Origin: an uncultured bacterium
GTDB lineage: Bacteria > Lernaellota > Lernaellaia > JACKCT01
NCBI GenBank assembly: GCA_964591275.1
Contig: CAZQAE010000015.1
Coordinates: 2,625-66,624 of the forward strand
DNA: 64,000 nt
Direction: 5' to 3'
Each line of letters opens with the position of its first letter. Position 1 is the stretch's first letter. The position numbers and the translations under genes were made by a program. This document shows, piece by piece, positions 1 to 10,278 of this stretch. A model generated the notes under the pieces. The model was not told the DNA's origin. It ran no database searches and saw only the letters and a list, made by a program, of their open reading frames with translations.

Positions 1-1120
1 GGGGGATATAGACCCAGCCGCCGATCTGGGCCTGGGGCGGGAGGCGATCAATATTTTGAAGGGCTTTGGTCGACTCCTTGGGTGGATTGACGGCCGAGGC
101 ATGACGACCACTGCCCTGGTCGGCCCAGAAAAATCGCGGACGCACCGGCAGATCGGAGTTCTGGGCAAGGCTTTTGACTTTCACCAAAAGAGCCATATAG
201 CCGCCCGGCGATTCCTCCAAACCGGCTACGGAAGCCTGAAATCGATAATCAGACACTGTGATCTGATAGCGATTTTCGTACGTGGCCATCATGGGAAAAG
301 TGCGGGTCGGAGTCTCGGGATAAAGGGACTCATACTGCGGGATGTTCAGGGCCATTTCCTCGATCCATCCGGCGAGCCGGTCGTGATACAGCGCGAGATA
401 AGCAGCGCCCTGCTGCGCGATGAGCCTGACATCCTCGCCTTCTTTGATCGTTGTCCTGTAGCCGTAGGGGCCTTGTTTGAGTACAACGCTTTCGGTCGTG
501 CGGATGGTGGCGTCCACGACAGCGCCGAAAAGCGTGGCCCACTGGATTTCCATCCGCGCCACCTCTTCGGAAATCTGGTATCCCATGGGATCGTGGGCTT
601 CCAGGGAGAGAATCCCCGTGATCGTTTTCGGCTCATACTCGCGATAGATTGGGTCGAAGGCACGACCGACAACATAAAAATTCCGCCAAGTTCCCGGACG
701 CCAGGGATTGCTGCTGGTCACCGGTGGGTCGAAACCCAGTCCGCCGGAGTGCTTTTCAAATTTTGCATTTTTCCCGAAATTTACTACAAGCTTTGAGTGG
801 ACGCCCGCCCGGTGGATGATTCGTCGCGAGTTGTTGCGGATGGAGCCGCGCGTTACCATGCGGATACCGTGCTCGCGGCTTTCAGGAGCGCCGATGGGAT
901 TGATTTCGGGATCGACTAGGTAACAATTTTTAACAAAGACAGGAAAGGGGTCCTCTTTACCGGATTCGACGTCGATCACTTCCGGGATCATCGGCGTGGA
1001 AGTGCCGGGCAAGGGCATGGGAGGAGTCTGCCGTGTGTCGCCGGTCGCCGGGCGCGAGGATGCAGGCTGTTCGCGTGAACAAGCGAAACAAAGCACAAGC
1101 GAAGCGCACAGCAGCGCCAT
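1..1120 (-). CDS. Hypothetical lipoprotein, runs off the left edge (absent from ORF track because no stop in window)
   Basis: Manual translation of minus strand from ATG 1120: MALLCASLVLCFAC-SREQPASS...QNIDRLPPQAQIGGWVYIP, open to position 1; lipobox-like CFAC; start could be TTG 1138. Confidence 0.75.
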   Translation of the reverse strand, partial: MALLCASLVLCFACSREQPASSRPATGDTRQTPPMPLPGTSTPMIPEVIDVESGKEDPFPVFVKNCYLVDPEINPIGAPESREHGIRMVTRGSIRNNSRRIIHRAGVHSKLVVNFGKNAKFEKHSGGLGFDPPVTSSNPWRPGTWRNFYVVGRAFDPIYREYEPKTITGILSLEAHDPMGYQISEEVARMEIQWATLFGAVVDATIRTTESVVLKQGPYGYRTTIKEGEDVRLIAQQGAAYLALYHDRLAGWIEEMALNIPQYESLYPETPTRTFPMMATYENRYQITVSDYRFQASVAGLEESPGGYMALLVKVKSLAQNSDLPVRPRFFWADQGSGRHASAVNPPKESTKALQNIDRLPPQAQIGGWVYIP

Positions 1121-1348
1121 GATGCGAAGCCTCAGCAAAAGTCTGATCCCCTTTGTGGTCCCCCGTGAACCCGCCGGAATAATAGCAGGGAAACGCCGAA
1201 AATCAAGATTCCATTTGGCAACGGTGTTTTCAGCACTTGATTCCGGGTCCGTTGGAACTTAAAATGCGTAATTGCATTCGCCGGGCAACGTGGTAAAATC
1301 AGCGGCATGATGATTTCGCCCATCAGGCATTTGTATGCGAGGAACCCA

Positions 1349-2269
1349 ATGAATCGATACTATATCGCAATTTTAACGACCTTGTTTTTCATTTCAATGA
1401 TGGCTCAACCTGCGTGCACGGGAAATTCTTCCTCCGGCACGGCCGACGATGATGACGACGGGGAAGATATTGACGACGACGACAATGACGACGACGAATG
1501 CATCCAGTGCGAGGACATAGCGGAATGCCTTGATGCGCTCGGGCAAGGTTGGATGTGTCTGGACCATTGCTGTGTGCCCATTGGAGACGACGATCTCAAC
1601 GACGATGTGAATGATGACGCAGACGATGATGTGGATGACGATACCGATGATGATGCTGACGATGACGTCGACGACGATGCCGACGATGATGCCGATGACG
1701 ACATTGATGACGATGCCGACGATGACGTAGATGATGATGTCAACGATGATGTCGACGACGACATTGATGATGATCTGGGTGATAAGGAACTGCGGATCAC
1801 GCTGGTATGGGGATATTCCCCCAGGGATTTAGACCTGCATATGTGGGCGCCGCACACGGGCTGCGAACAGGAAAATCCCTTTCATCTCTATTATCCTGAT
1901 TCTGGAGTACACGGTCACGGCTGCTGGGAGGATTTCGCTTTAGAGCTTGATGACACGTCAAGCTACGGCCCGGAGATCATCGGAATATACGATCCGGTCC
2001 CCAATGAAGAATTTCGCCTGCTGGTCCATGACTATTCGGATATGCAGTGCTCTCCATTAGATTGCGATAATATGTCCAATTCTGATGGGCTGTCGGTTAG
2101 AGTCCGGTCCCAGGACGATTCCTGGGAATTCACAATGCCTCCCAACACGCACGCCAACCTCTGGCAGGTGTTCAACGCCGTGTACAACGGCGATCAATGG
2201 ATAGTTTGGGGAGTCGCCGACTATTGCTTCGGGCCGAGTTCGGCCAGTGTTTACGGATGCGACGGGTAA
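1349..2269 (+). CDS. Asp-rich secreted/lipoprotein with YfaP/DUF2135-like C-terminal domain
   Basis: Hydrophobic N-terminus ending QPAC; long (DDDx)n tract; LRITLVWG..DLDLH..LELDDTSSYGPE motif typical of YfaP-like domains; GAGG RBS before ATG 1349. Confidence 0.75.
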   Translation: MNRYYIAILTTLFFISMMAQPACTGNSSSGTADDDDDGEDIDDDDNDDDECIQCEDIAECLDALGQGWMCLDHCCVPIGDDDLNDDVNDDADDDVDDDTDDDADDDVDDDADDDADDDIDDDADDDVDDDVNDDVDDDIDDDLGDKELRITLVWGYSPRDLDLHMWAPHTGCEQENPFHLYYPDSGVHGHGCWEDFALELDDTSSYGPEIIGIYDPVPNEEFRLLVHDYSDMQCSPLDCDNMSNSDGLSVRVRSQDDSWEFTMPPNTHANLWQVFNAVYNGDQWIVWGVADYCFGPSSASVYGCDG

Positions 2270-2368
2270 AAGATTTAAATTTCTTCACGATATCGAAAAA
2301 CACTTCAAACATGAAGTCGATTAATAATAAATTCGTCGAATCGCACACCTGATCCGAAGGCAAATTGC

Positions 2369-3433
2369 ATGGATATCGATATTTGCGCCAAAACCATCGC
2401 CCGGGTCACAGGCTACGCGCCGCAAGAGCTTGAAGTTGTACGACTGGCGGGGGACGGCTCGGACCGGCGATACTGGCGGGCGTTTTTCAGCGATAAAAAC
2501 GACCGGCGAGCGAGCTTTGTAGTGATGGACCTGCTCAACGTGAAGAACGTGGTGTCCAGCGAGGAAGTCACCCTATATCACCCGGAAGACGACGAACTGC
2601 CTTTTCTGAATATCCATCGCTTTCTGGGGCGGTTGGGCGCGCCGCTGCCGCAGGTGCACATTTATGACCGGGAAAACGGCCTTCTTCTGCTTGAAGATTT
2701 GGGCGACATGCTGCTTCTCAACGCAGCGTGCGAAAATCCGGCGCAGATGCGGGTGCTCTACGAGCAGGCAATCGACATCCTTGTCGAGATACATGTGCAG
2801 GGAATGCGCCAGCGGGATGCGTCGTGCGTGGCCTTCAAGCAATCTTTTGAACTGCCTTTGCTCATGTGGGAGATGCGACATTTTACGGAGTACGGCATCG
2901 AGAAGCGACCGGGGCGCGAGCGGCAGGTGGCCAAAGAGGACCTAGCCGTCATCGAAGCGGGCTATGAATTCATCTGCACGCATTTACAAAGCCTTCCGCT
3001 GGTTTTCACGCACCGCGACTACCATTCGCGGAATCTGATCGTTAACGATGGTCGGATATTCGTTATTGATTTCCAGGATGCGCTACTCGGCCCGGCGGCC
3101 TACGATCTGGCAAGTTTGCTGCGCGACAGTTATATCGACATTGGCGACGAGCTGGTGGACGCGATGATCGCGCGTTATATCGAGAGACGAGAAAAGGCGG
3201 GCGACGGGCCTGTTGACGCCAGGGCCTTTAGGCGGGATTTCGATTTTCAATCCATCCAGCGCAATCTCAAGGCGGCGGGGCGCTTCGTGTTTTTCAACGT
3301 GGTCAAAGGCAATCCCAACTTCCTGGGCGACATTCCCCGCACGCTGGAATACGTGAAAAAAAACATGAGCAAGTATCCGAAACTTCATCCCCTGCGCGAC
3401 GCAATGGCGAAGTACGTGCCGGAGCTGCGCTGA
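2369..3433 (+). CDS. amgK: Aminoglycoside phosphotransferase family kinase, AmgK-like (MurNAc/GlcNAc anomeric kinase)
   Basis: LAGDGSDRRYWR, LLLLEDLGD, HRDYHSRNL, IDFQDA, QRNLKAAGRF motifs. Confidence 0.75.
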   Translation: MDIDICAKTIARVTGYAPQELEVVRLAGDGSDRRYWRAFFSDKNDRRASFVVMDLLNVKNVVSSEEVTLYHPEDDELPFLNIHRFLGRLGAPLPQVHIYDRENGLLLLEDLGDMLLLNAACENPAQMRVLYEQAIDILVEIHVQGMRQRDASCVAFKQSFELPLLMWEMRHFTEYGIEKRPGRERQVAKEDLAVIEAGYEFICTHLQSLPLVFTHRDYHSRNLIVNDGRIFVIDFQDALLGPAAYDLASLLRDSYIDIGDELVDAMIARYIERREKAGDGPVDARAFRRDFDFQSIQRNLKAAGRFVFFNVVKGNPNFLGDIPRTLEYVKKNMSKYPKLHPLRDAMAKYVPELR

Positions 3434-3532
3434 TTAAGCCGCCTTGTGTTCAAACCTCATGCCGCTCCCGACGGAGCCATGCCTGCCCTGGCGTTGTGTT
3501 GATGGAAACCGTCTCATTTCTTTTGCATGAAC

Positions 3533-3570
3533 AAAAAGCGAAGGGGACAACTTTCCAAGTTGCCCCCTTC
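3533..3570 (-). terminator. Intrinsic terminator of the DUF5610-like gene
   Basis: Minus strand GAAGGGGGCAACTTGGAAAGTTGTCCCCTTC hairpin followed by GCTTTTT, about 60 nt past the stop at 3630. Confidence 0.7.
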
Positions 3571-3629
3571 CAATCCGAACCGCCGGTCCGATGGCAGGAC
3601 GAAAACTGTAAATAACTCTATCTCAAATG

Positions 3630-4187
3630 CTACTCCTCCGTCGGAATCTCCGTCTGCGTCTGCATCTGCGTCAATTCTTCCCGCATGGTGTTGAAGAAGT
3701 TGTCGAGTTTTTTGAATGTCATGTTGATGGTGTCTTGCGCGGTATCGAGAATATTTTGATCGTTGACTCCCAACCCCGAGAGCACATGCAGAGCTTCCTG
3801 ATATCCTGAATTGACGGCGCCTTTTATCAGGCTTTCATATTCCACCAGCGCCTCTTCTTCACCCATGTCCGGATTTTGCTGCTTGTACAGCCCGAAGAGA
3901 CCGATGGCGAAGTCGGCGATGCGACTCGAAGTGCCCTCTGCGGATGTATCTAGTGCGCCAAGGTTGTTCAAATCATAACCCAGAGCCTGTGCGGCGAATT
4001 GGGTCATGTCCATGATTTTTTGGAGCGACTTGTCGGCAAGGATCTGCATCATCTTGCCCTGATCGACCTGGGACAAGCTGACACTTCCACCGTGCATATT
4101 CTTCGAGGATTTTACGCTTTGCGTAGACTTGTTTTTAGCCGCAATGCTCTGTTTGGCCGCAGGGCCTGTCAATCCGTTGACATTCAT
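3630..4187 (-). CDS. DUF5610-like helical protein
   Basis: SAEGTSSRIADFAIGLFGLYKQQNP..EEAL..GYQEA..LSGLGV pattern matches my recollection of DUF5610. Confidence 0.6.
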   Translation of the reverse strand: MNVNGLTGPAAKQSIAAKNKSTQSVKSSKNMHGGSVSLSQVDQGKMMQILADKSLQKIMDMTQFAAQALGYDLNNLGALDTSAEGTSSRIADFAIGLFGLYKQQNPDMGEEEALVEYESLIKGAVNSGYQEALHVLSGLGVNDQNILDTAQDTINMTFKKLDNFFNTMREELTQMQTQTEIPTEE

Positions 4188-4385
4188 GGGTTGCCTCGTT
4201 CCTTCGAGTCAATCTGCCTTGACTCAGTAATCGGTAAAATATCCTGAAAACTTTAATAAAAAAATCAGAAATTTGTAAATAGAGTTCAATTTTTTTCAAA
4301 GCACCACGGGAAAAGCGACTACTCGCTGGCGATTCGCTCTTGTGATTTCCAAGAAAATGGTCATATTGTGCGCTAGGAGGCTCGC

Positions 4386-4556
4386 ATGGAGACGCTACTT
4401 TTAAGTTTCGTAATTTTTCTCCTGGCGGCGCTGGGGCTTGGCGTCGGCATGCTGGTGAAGGGCAAACCGCTCAAAGGTCATTGCGGCGGCGGTGAGAATT
4501 CCTGCCAATGTGAAAATGACGAAGCGAAGAAATACAGCAAATTGGAAAGATTATAA
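4386..4556 (+). CDS. nqrM: NqrM/DUF539-like small membrane protein (56 aa, not in ORF track)
   Basis: AGGAGG RBS; METLLLSFVIFLLAALGLGVGMLVKGKPLKGHCGGGENSCQCENDEAKKYSKLERL: TM helix plus KGxCGG..CxC; lies next to apbE. Confidence 0.7.
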   Translation: METLLLSFVIFLLAALGLGVGMLVKGKPLKGHCGGGENSCQCENDEAKKYSKLERL

Positions 4557-4617
4557 CACTCGGTTCATGAGCCGCCGCCCCGCCATTCCGCTGATCACAA
4601 AAATCCTTTGATCCAAA

Positions 4618-5745
4618 TTAGTTTTTTTTCAGATATTTTGCGAAGCCGCTCGTCATACTCACTTCAAAGCTTTTTTCATTTACGCGTGTGATAAAGTAGG
4701 CCTGCGCGTCAGGAATGCTTTCAATGAGTTTTTTGCCCTCGGCGGCGCCAAGAACGTTGGCGGCGGTGGCCAGGGCGTCCGCGTCCAGACAGTTTGACGA
4801 TATAACCGTCACCGAGGCCAGATTGTGACGAATGGGACCTTTCAGCCTGGGGTCGATTGTGTGGGAGACGCGCTGTCCGCCCACGGAGCGAAAGTTCCTA
4901 TAATCTCCGCTCGTGGCGACGGCTTCGCCGGAAAGATGCACCACGGTTTGCAATTCCTCCCCCGGCCCTTTGTCGAAGCGGGGCTTGTCGATTCCGATGC
5001 GCCAGGGCATCCCCGTGATGTTCTTGCCTTTGGTTCTAACTTCACCGCCGATTTCAATCATAAAATCCGTATAGCCCCAGGAATCCAGCGCCTCCCAAAC
5101 GCGGTCCACCGCGTATCCTTTGGCGATGGACGCCAAATCCAGGCTGATGCCCTCGCGGGTTTTGACTAAAGTCTCGTTTTGCTTGTCCACAATCATGGCA
5201 CGGTAATCCACGAGTTCGGCGGCCTTTTCAATTTGAGCCTTCGTCGGGACATTGTCTCCAACTTTATTGTCGCCGAAGCCCCAGAGCCTGACGAGAGGCC
5301 AGACAGTGGGATCGAAAGCGCCGCTCGTCAATTTGGCAATTTGCAGAGCCTTGGAAACCACGTTCAGCGTTCCAGGGCTAACCTTGACGGGAATATTTGC
5401 CCCAGACTTATTGAACACGGAAAGCTCAGAATCCGGAATGAAGGTGGACATCGCGCCTTCCACTTCCTGGATGACGTCTTTGATTTTTTTCTCAATCTGA
5501 TCGGCTTGATCCTCGCTGATCTTTGCGTGGGAGATAGTCGCGCGCCATGTCGTCCCCATCGCGGCGCCCTGGAAGTTCCTGTGTGAAAGCTGCGTCTCCC
5601 CCGCCGGATTTTGCGTCTTTGACGATTCGGAAGGAACGACCACCTGCCGGTCGCAGCCAAGCGAGGCGGCGCAAAGTGCGAAAATCAGAATAGCGACGCA
5701 TGAAGCGCGCATGCAGGATTGATAAATTCGGTAAGGCAAATTCAT
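4618..5745 (-). CDS. apbE: FAD:protein FMN transferase ApbE (lipoprotein)
   Basis: Lipobox LGC; MGT, GAFDPTV, DLASIAKGYAVD, EIGGE, ATSGDYRNF, SHTIDP, ADALATA motifs. Confidence 0.95.
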   Translation of the reverse strand: MNLPYRIYQSCMRASCVAILIFALCAASLGCDRQVVVPSESSKTQNPAGETQLSHRNFQGAAMGTTWRATISHAKISEDQADQIEKKIKDVIQEVEGAMSTFIPDSELSVFNKSGANIPVKVSPGTLNVVSKALQIAKLTSGAFDPTVWPLVRLWGFGDNKVGDNVPTKAQIEKAAELVDYRAMIVDKQNETLVKTREGISLDLASIAKGYAVDRVWEALDSWGYTDFMIEIGGEVRTKGKNITGMPWRIGIDKPRFDKGPGEELQTVVHLSGEAVATSGDYRNFRSVGGQRVSHTIDPRLKGPIRHNLASVTVISSNCLDADALATAANVLGAAEGKKLIESIPDAQAYFITRVNEKSFEVSMTSGFAKYLKKN

Positions 5746-5926
5746 AGCCGCATTTTATGCACGCAACTTTAATTATTCAATACATCCCTCGCGGAGCATT
5801 GGTCGCAACGCACTGGCTACTGTCTAAAGACTCTTGCCCGGCACTGTCCAGAAAACCTGTTTCCGTGTTATCTTTACGCAGGTTGTAATTGATTTTTTTT
5901 GTGCGGCGACAACGAAGGAAAGATTT

Positions 5927-6700
5927 TTGCGCATCTCGATTTTCATCCCAGCTTTAGCCTTGGCGCTTGTTTTTTGCGCTGGACTGTCCTTTGCCGCCGG
6001 GGAAAACGATGAGATAAGCCAGGGCGATTCCTTTATTGTCGATGAAGGTGATTTCGACGGCGAGTATCCGTCAAGGCCGCAATTCGAGCGTGAAAAAAAG
6101 CAGCGGGATCCGGAGTTTTACGTCATAGCCCGGGGCGGCGTGGCCCACGGCGATTCCTTCGCCAATTTCCATTACAAAACGAGGCCCTACAACTACAACG
6201 AAAGTGAAGTGGAATCGCAATCCCCCTCGGCTTGGCAGGCCAACGCCGGCGCCGAAGCCCTGTATTATCCCGGGCGAGTCCCCGGAACGCTTTTGTGTGC
6301 TTCGCTTTTGACCAACGTCGGCTCCATGTCCATCCATCTGGAAAACGACACTGTTCCGGATCTGGAAGGAAAGAAACTGCTGTATTACTCCCAAGGGCTT
6401 CTCGGCGGCGCGGGACTGCGTCGCAAGGGTGCTTTCACGCATTTGAAGGGCGGGCCGGTGTGGGGCCGCGTGGAGATTGACGGCCAGGACCCGGTGAAAG
6501 CCTCGGGCTGGATCGTTGAGCTGGGCGTGGGGATGGTTTTCAAACTCAATCCCAGCCTCGTGATCGGACCGGCGCTGGATATGCATTATTGGCAACTCAA
6601 TACGGACGACATCAACGTCGGCGACGGAGGCGTCGGCCGCCTCTCGGTAGGCTCATCCATGTGGCAGCTCAGCGTGAGATTGGGATTGGTGATTAACTAG
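5927..6700 (+). CDS. Hypothetical exported protein, possible outer-membrane beta-barrel
   Basis: Signal peptide ending SFA; alternating amphipathic strands, C-terminal WQLSVRLGLVIN; start uncertain (5834-5927). Confidence 0.55.
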   Translation: MRISIFIPALALALVFCAGLSFAAGENDEISQGDSFIVDEGDFDGEYPSRPQFEREKKQRDPEFYVIARGGVAHGDSFANFHYKTRPYNYNESEVESQSPSAWQANAGAEALYYPGRVPGTLLCASLLTNVGSMSIHLENDTVPDLEGKKLLYYSQGLLGGAGLRRKGAFTHLKGGPVWGRVEIDGQDPVKASGWIVELGVGMVFKLNPSLVIGPALDMHYWQLNTDDINVGDGGVGRLSVGSSMWQLSVRLGLVIN

Positions 6701-6782
6701 TGTCAGTCCAGAATGACGCTAAGAAAAAATTCCAAGTGTTTAAGCATATTTCATTAGTGTTAGGGAGGGCGTCAGGTAAATC

Positions 6783-6928
6783 GCGGGTGGCATGGACAAG
6801 ACGCTGGTGAGCGTCAGCGATCCAGCGCTGTCCGTGTCTCATTATATCTTAAAACAATTCACTCCCACATCGAACACGGACAAGCGCCCTCGCAAGCTCG
6901 GGCCGAGAAGCTTATCCATGCCACCCGC
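6783..6928. repeat. Nested inverted-repeat element (REP/REPIN- or MITE-like)
   Basis: Outer IR GCGGGTGGCATGGACAAG / CTTATCCATGCCACCCGC; inner IR GCGCTGTCCGTGT / ACACGGACAAGCGC; between convergent genes. Confidence 0.75.
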
Positions 6929-7013
6929 AAAATTTGCGGAAACCAAGAGGCGCTTTTTTGAAAAAATTCGCTTGGGAGCAGTACGCCTAAAGTTTATCTT
7001 TGCGCCATTCGTG

Positions 7014-8390
7014 TCAGTCCACCGGCTCGAATTCGGCGATGAAGTGCTTTAGGTGCTTGGGCGCGTAAGTCATCTTATAACCACGGATTTGTGTTGCGTC
7101 GCCGCATAAATCAATAACCGTTTCGGCGACGAAGTCCATGTGCCGGTCGGTATATACGCGCCGGGGAATCGCCAGGCGGACCAAGTCTTTTTCCGGATAG
7201 GTGATCTTGCCCGTTTCCGGGTCCTGTTTCATAAACATCACCGATCCGATTTCGACGCCCCGGATGCCGCCGCGAACATAAAGCTCGTTGGTTAGCGACC
7301 AGCCACGGAAATGCTCCACGGGCATATGCGGCAAAATTGCATTGGCGTCCAGGTAAACGGCGTGACCTCCTGAAGGATTGATCATCGGCACGCCGCCTTT
7401 TTTCAGTTTCGCATGCAGACGACCGACCTGTTCTACGCGCTGCCGCATATAACTTACGTCAAGAGCCTCCATGAGGCCCACGGCCATGGCGTCCATGTCG
7501 CGGCCCGCCAGTCCTCCGTATGTAACGAATCCTTCCACAACGACCATCAGTTCACGGACACGGCCAAAGAGCTTTTCGTCGTCGGTGGCAAACCAGCCGC
7601 CGATGTTGACGAAGCCGTCCTTTTTGGCGCTCATTAGCGCGCCGTTGCATAGCGAGAACATCTCATTGGCAATTTCTATCAGGCTTTTGTCGGCATATCC
7701 CGGTTCGCGGGTTTTGATGAAATAGCAGTTTTCGGCATATCGCGCCGAATCGAAATACAGGGGCGTTTCGTATTTATCGCAAAGCGCCCGGACGCTCCGA
7801 AGGTTCGCCATGCTGACCGGCTGACCGCCGCCGGTGTTGTTGGTCACGGTCATAAGCACGACAGGAACATGGTTTGCCGGATCACTGAGCACTTTGTCCA
7901 GCGCGGTCGGATCGATGTTTCCCTTGAAAGGGTCCTCGCTGGATAAATCCCGAGACTCGGCGCACGGCAGATTTAATGCGCGTCCGCCCGCAGACTCGAT
8001 GTTGGCCTGCGTCGTGTCGAAATGTGCGTTGTTGGGAATGAGGTCGCCGGGTTTCATGAGGGCCGAAAAGAAAAGATGCTCCGCACTGCGGCCCTGATGC
8101 GTGGGGACGAGATACTTTTTCCCGGTGATTTTTTTCACCGTTTCTTCAAAGCGAAAAAAGCTTTCGCTGCCGGCGTAGGATTCATCGCCGCTGAGCAGAG
8201 CGGACCACTGTCGGTCGCTCATCGCCCCGGTGCCCGAATCGGTGAGCAGGTCGATAGTCACTTCGCGGGCTTTGAGGCGGAAAGGATTATAGCGAGCATC
8301 CGAGATCGCTTGGATGCGACGTTCTTTTGTCAGAACCGGAATCTTTTCCACAGCTTTAATTTTAAATGGTTCAAAGGGGAGATTTTTCAT
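7014..8390 (-). CDS. tnaA: Tryptophanase (beta-eliminating lyase)
   Basis: DLLTDSGT, THQGR, GGQPVS, SAKKD PLP lysine; HFDTT, VEIGS and LKHF residues favour TnaA over tyrosine phenol-lyase. Confidence 0.85.
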   Translation of the reverse strand: MKNLPFEPFKIKAVEKIPVLTKERRIQAISDARYNPFRLKAREVTIDLLTDSGTGAMSDRQWSALLSGDESYAGSESFFRFEETVKKITGKKYLVPTHQGRSAEHLFFSALMKPGDLIPNNAHFDTTQANIESAGGRALNLPCAESRDLSSEDPFKGNIDPTALDKVLSDPANHVPVVLMTVTNNTGGGQPVSMANLRSVRALCDKYETPLYFDSARYAENCYFIKTREPGYADKSLIEIANEMFSLCNGALMSAKKDGFVNIGGWFATDDEKLFGRVRELMVVVEGFVTYGGLAGRDMDAMAVGLMEALDVSYMRQRVEQVGRLHAKLKKGGVPMINPSGGHAVYLDANAILPHMPVEHFRGWSLTNELYVRGGIRGVEIGSVMFMKQDPETGKITYPEKDLVRLAIPRRVYTDRHMDFVAETVIDLCGDATQIRGYKMTYAPKHLKHFIAEFEPVD

Positions 8391-8513
8391 GGAATTCCTC
8401 ATGCGTTAAGCGCAAGTTTTCTGCCAACTCAAACATAATGGAAATGGCGTGGCCGTCAAGGCGAAAAGATTCAGTTGGCTTTTCGCAACAGGTATAAATC
8501 GCGAAAGCAAGCG

Positions 8514-9011
8514 CTACAGGCCTCCCAATGAATCGAGGAGTCCCCCGGCGATGACGAAGACCATTGCGATAACAAAGAAAACGAGCGCAATCCAATTGAT
8601 GATGATCCCCGCAGTCGCCGCGCCCCGTCCCGCATATGCGCCCGGGTTGTTGTCGATCATGGACCGGGCCTTGTACCCCAGAATTAATCCGGGGATCGAC
8701 ATGAATATTCCGCAGCACATGAACGACAAGATGCCGAGGATGATGGACGCCACCGCATGTCCCGGCGTCGGCAAAGCGCCGCTTATTGATGGAGCGCCGT
8801 AACTCGGCTGATATGGCGGCTGCGTCTCTGCCGGAGAGTACGGCGGAATATCCGACGACATTGAACCGCCCGGTCCGATGGGAGGCGGCGGGGCAGGCTG
8901 CGCCGTTTGCGGCACGCGAAACGACTGTCCACACTCGCACTCGACAACGGAATCGGGCGCCATGCCTGTCACATCCCTAACTTGCGAGCATTTGGGACAA
9001 ATAACTTTCAT
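8514..9011 (-). CDS. DUF4190-like membrane protein with N-terminal zinc ribbon and Pro-rich linker
   Basis: CPKC..CECG, Pro-rich segment, AVASIILGILS..GLILG..GRGAATAGII. Confidence 0.75.
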   Translation of the reverse strand: MKVICPKCSQVRDVTGMAPDSVVECECGQSFRVPQTAQPAPPPPIGPGGSMSSDIPPYSPAETQPPYQPSYGAPSISGALPTPGHAVASIILGILSFMCCGIFMSIPGLILGYKARSMIDNNPGAYAGRGAATAGIIINWIALVFFVIAMVFVIAGGLLDSLGGL

Positions 9012-9236
9012 GCGAGCCTCGTGATTTCATTGTTGCTTGAAAGCGTTCCTTGGGTTTCTTTATAGACGAATAATAAGAAAAGTGGAACATTTCGTCTGTT
9101 TTGTCGAAGTGAAACCGAATGCTGGTCGCCGCTCTCCAGTCCCTGCACTTTATTAGTCATCCCTCATCCTTTACCTCAATCGCCTGCCTCGCTATAAGCT
9201 ATGTTCACGACAAGCCATTTAACCAATGGAGAACTC

Positions 9237-9770
9237 ATGGCGTTATATAGATTTGAAGATCGCGTTCCGACTGTCGGCGTCGACACCTTCGTTGCCGAAA
9301 GCGCGTTGGTGATCGGAGACGTGCGTATTGGAAAACAATGCTACATCGGCCACGGTGCGATACTGCGCGGAGACTATGGAACAATCATCATAGGCGACGG
9401 CACGGCTATCGAGGAGGGCGTTATTGTACACGCCAGGCCCGACGACAAAACCGTCTTCGGCCAGCGTGTCACCGTGGGACACGGCGCCATGATCCACAAT
9501 GCGCGTATTGACGACGACGCAGTGATTGGCATGCGCGCCACCGTCTCGGATTACTCCAGGGTCGGCGCCTGGGCGATTGTCGGCGAAATGACGCTGGTCA
9601 AAAACAGCCAGGAGATTCCCGAGGGGAAAATCGCCGTTGGCGTTCCGGCCGTGATCAAAGGCGAGGTTCGCGACAAGCACAGGGCCATCTGGGGATTTGG
9701 GAAACAGCTATATATTGATATGGCCAATCGCTATAACGCTCCAGGGGCATTTGAACTTATCGAACTATAA
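9237..9770 (+). CDS. Gamma-carbonic anhydrase family protein (CaiE/PaaY/YrdA-like)
   Basis: IGDVRIG, LRGDYG, VHA, VGHGAMIH hexapeptide/His motifs. Confidence 0.9.
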   Translation: MALYRFEDRVPTVGVDTFVAESALVIGDVRIGKQCYIGHGAILRGDYGTIIIGDGTAIEEGVIVHARPDDKTVFGQRVTVGHGAMIHNARIDDDAVIGMRATVSDYSRVGAWAIVGEMTLVKNSQEIPEGKIAVGVPAVIKGEVRDKHRAIWGFGKQLYIDMANRYNAPGAFELIEL

Positions 9771-9975
9771 TCACCGGACGGTGAAGCGATCCCGTGAAGT
9801 AATTGTCGGGAGAGGCAGTCCTTTCGGTAATGACATAAATTATACCGTTATTGACTTTGTTGTCTTGCACTGCCAAGCTGTCCAATGTCGTTGGGTGTGC
9901 GGCACAAAAGTGGGTTTAATAAGAATCCCTTGAAAAAATGCGAGGAATTTGTAGTACATCATGGCAAAGTATGTT

Positions 9976-10185
9976 GCCCGTCAGGGCAAAGCAGAAATAG
10001 CTCACAGCGTGAGCTGTGGGGAAGCGGAATATCTTAAGACAAAAAAAGCCCATGAAATGGGCGAAGGAATTGTGTTACGACTCGTTTTTGTGCGTCGCCC
10101 ATTTCATGGGCTAAAATTATTTTGCGGTCCCTGATTTCCACAGCTTGCGCTGTGGGCTATTGCCGCATCGCCTGTTTCACAGGCT
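9976..10185. repeat. Composite palindromic REP/BIME-like element
   Basis: AGCCCATGAAATGGGCGA (10047) / TCGCCCATTTCATGGGCT (10095) perfect IR; ATAGCTCACAGCGTGAGCTGTGG / CCACAGCTTGCGCTGTGGGCTAT outer IR; terminal small hairpins. Confidence 0.8.
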
Positions 10186-10278
10186 GATAATGAGGTTATT
10201 GTTTTGATTCCACAATTTGAAGAAAATGAAAAACTCACTTGCAGTGACGTACACCCATCGTTGTTGATTGCTTAAAGG

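Noticed and set aside
56-796. 246-aa plus-strand ORF
   Set aside because: Antisense shadow of the longer minus-strand lipoprotein gene running off the window
1405-1857. Ser-, Val- or His/Arg-rich ORFs opposite the Asp/Thr tracts (also 11880, 12137, 23169, 28442, 30711, 32414, 50589)
   Set aside because: Reverse-complement products of GAC/GAT and ACN repeats; no independent coding signal
7014-8390. Tyrosine phenol-lyase assignment
   Set aside because: Lacks TPL-specific FTTT, ERG and RFF residues
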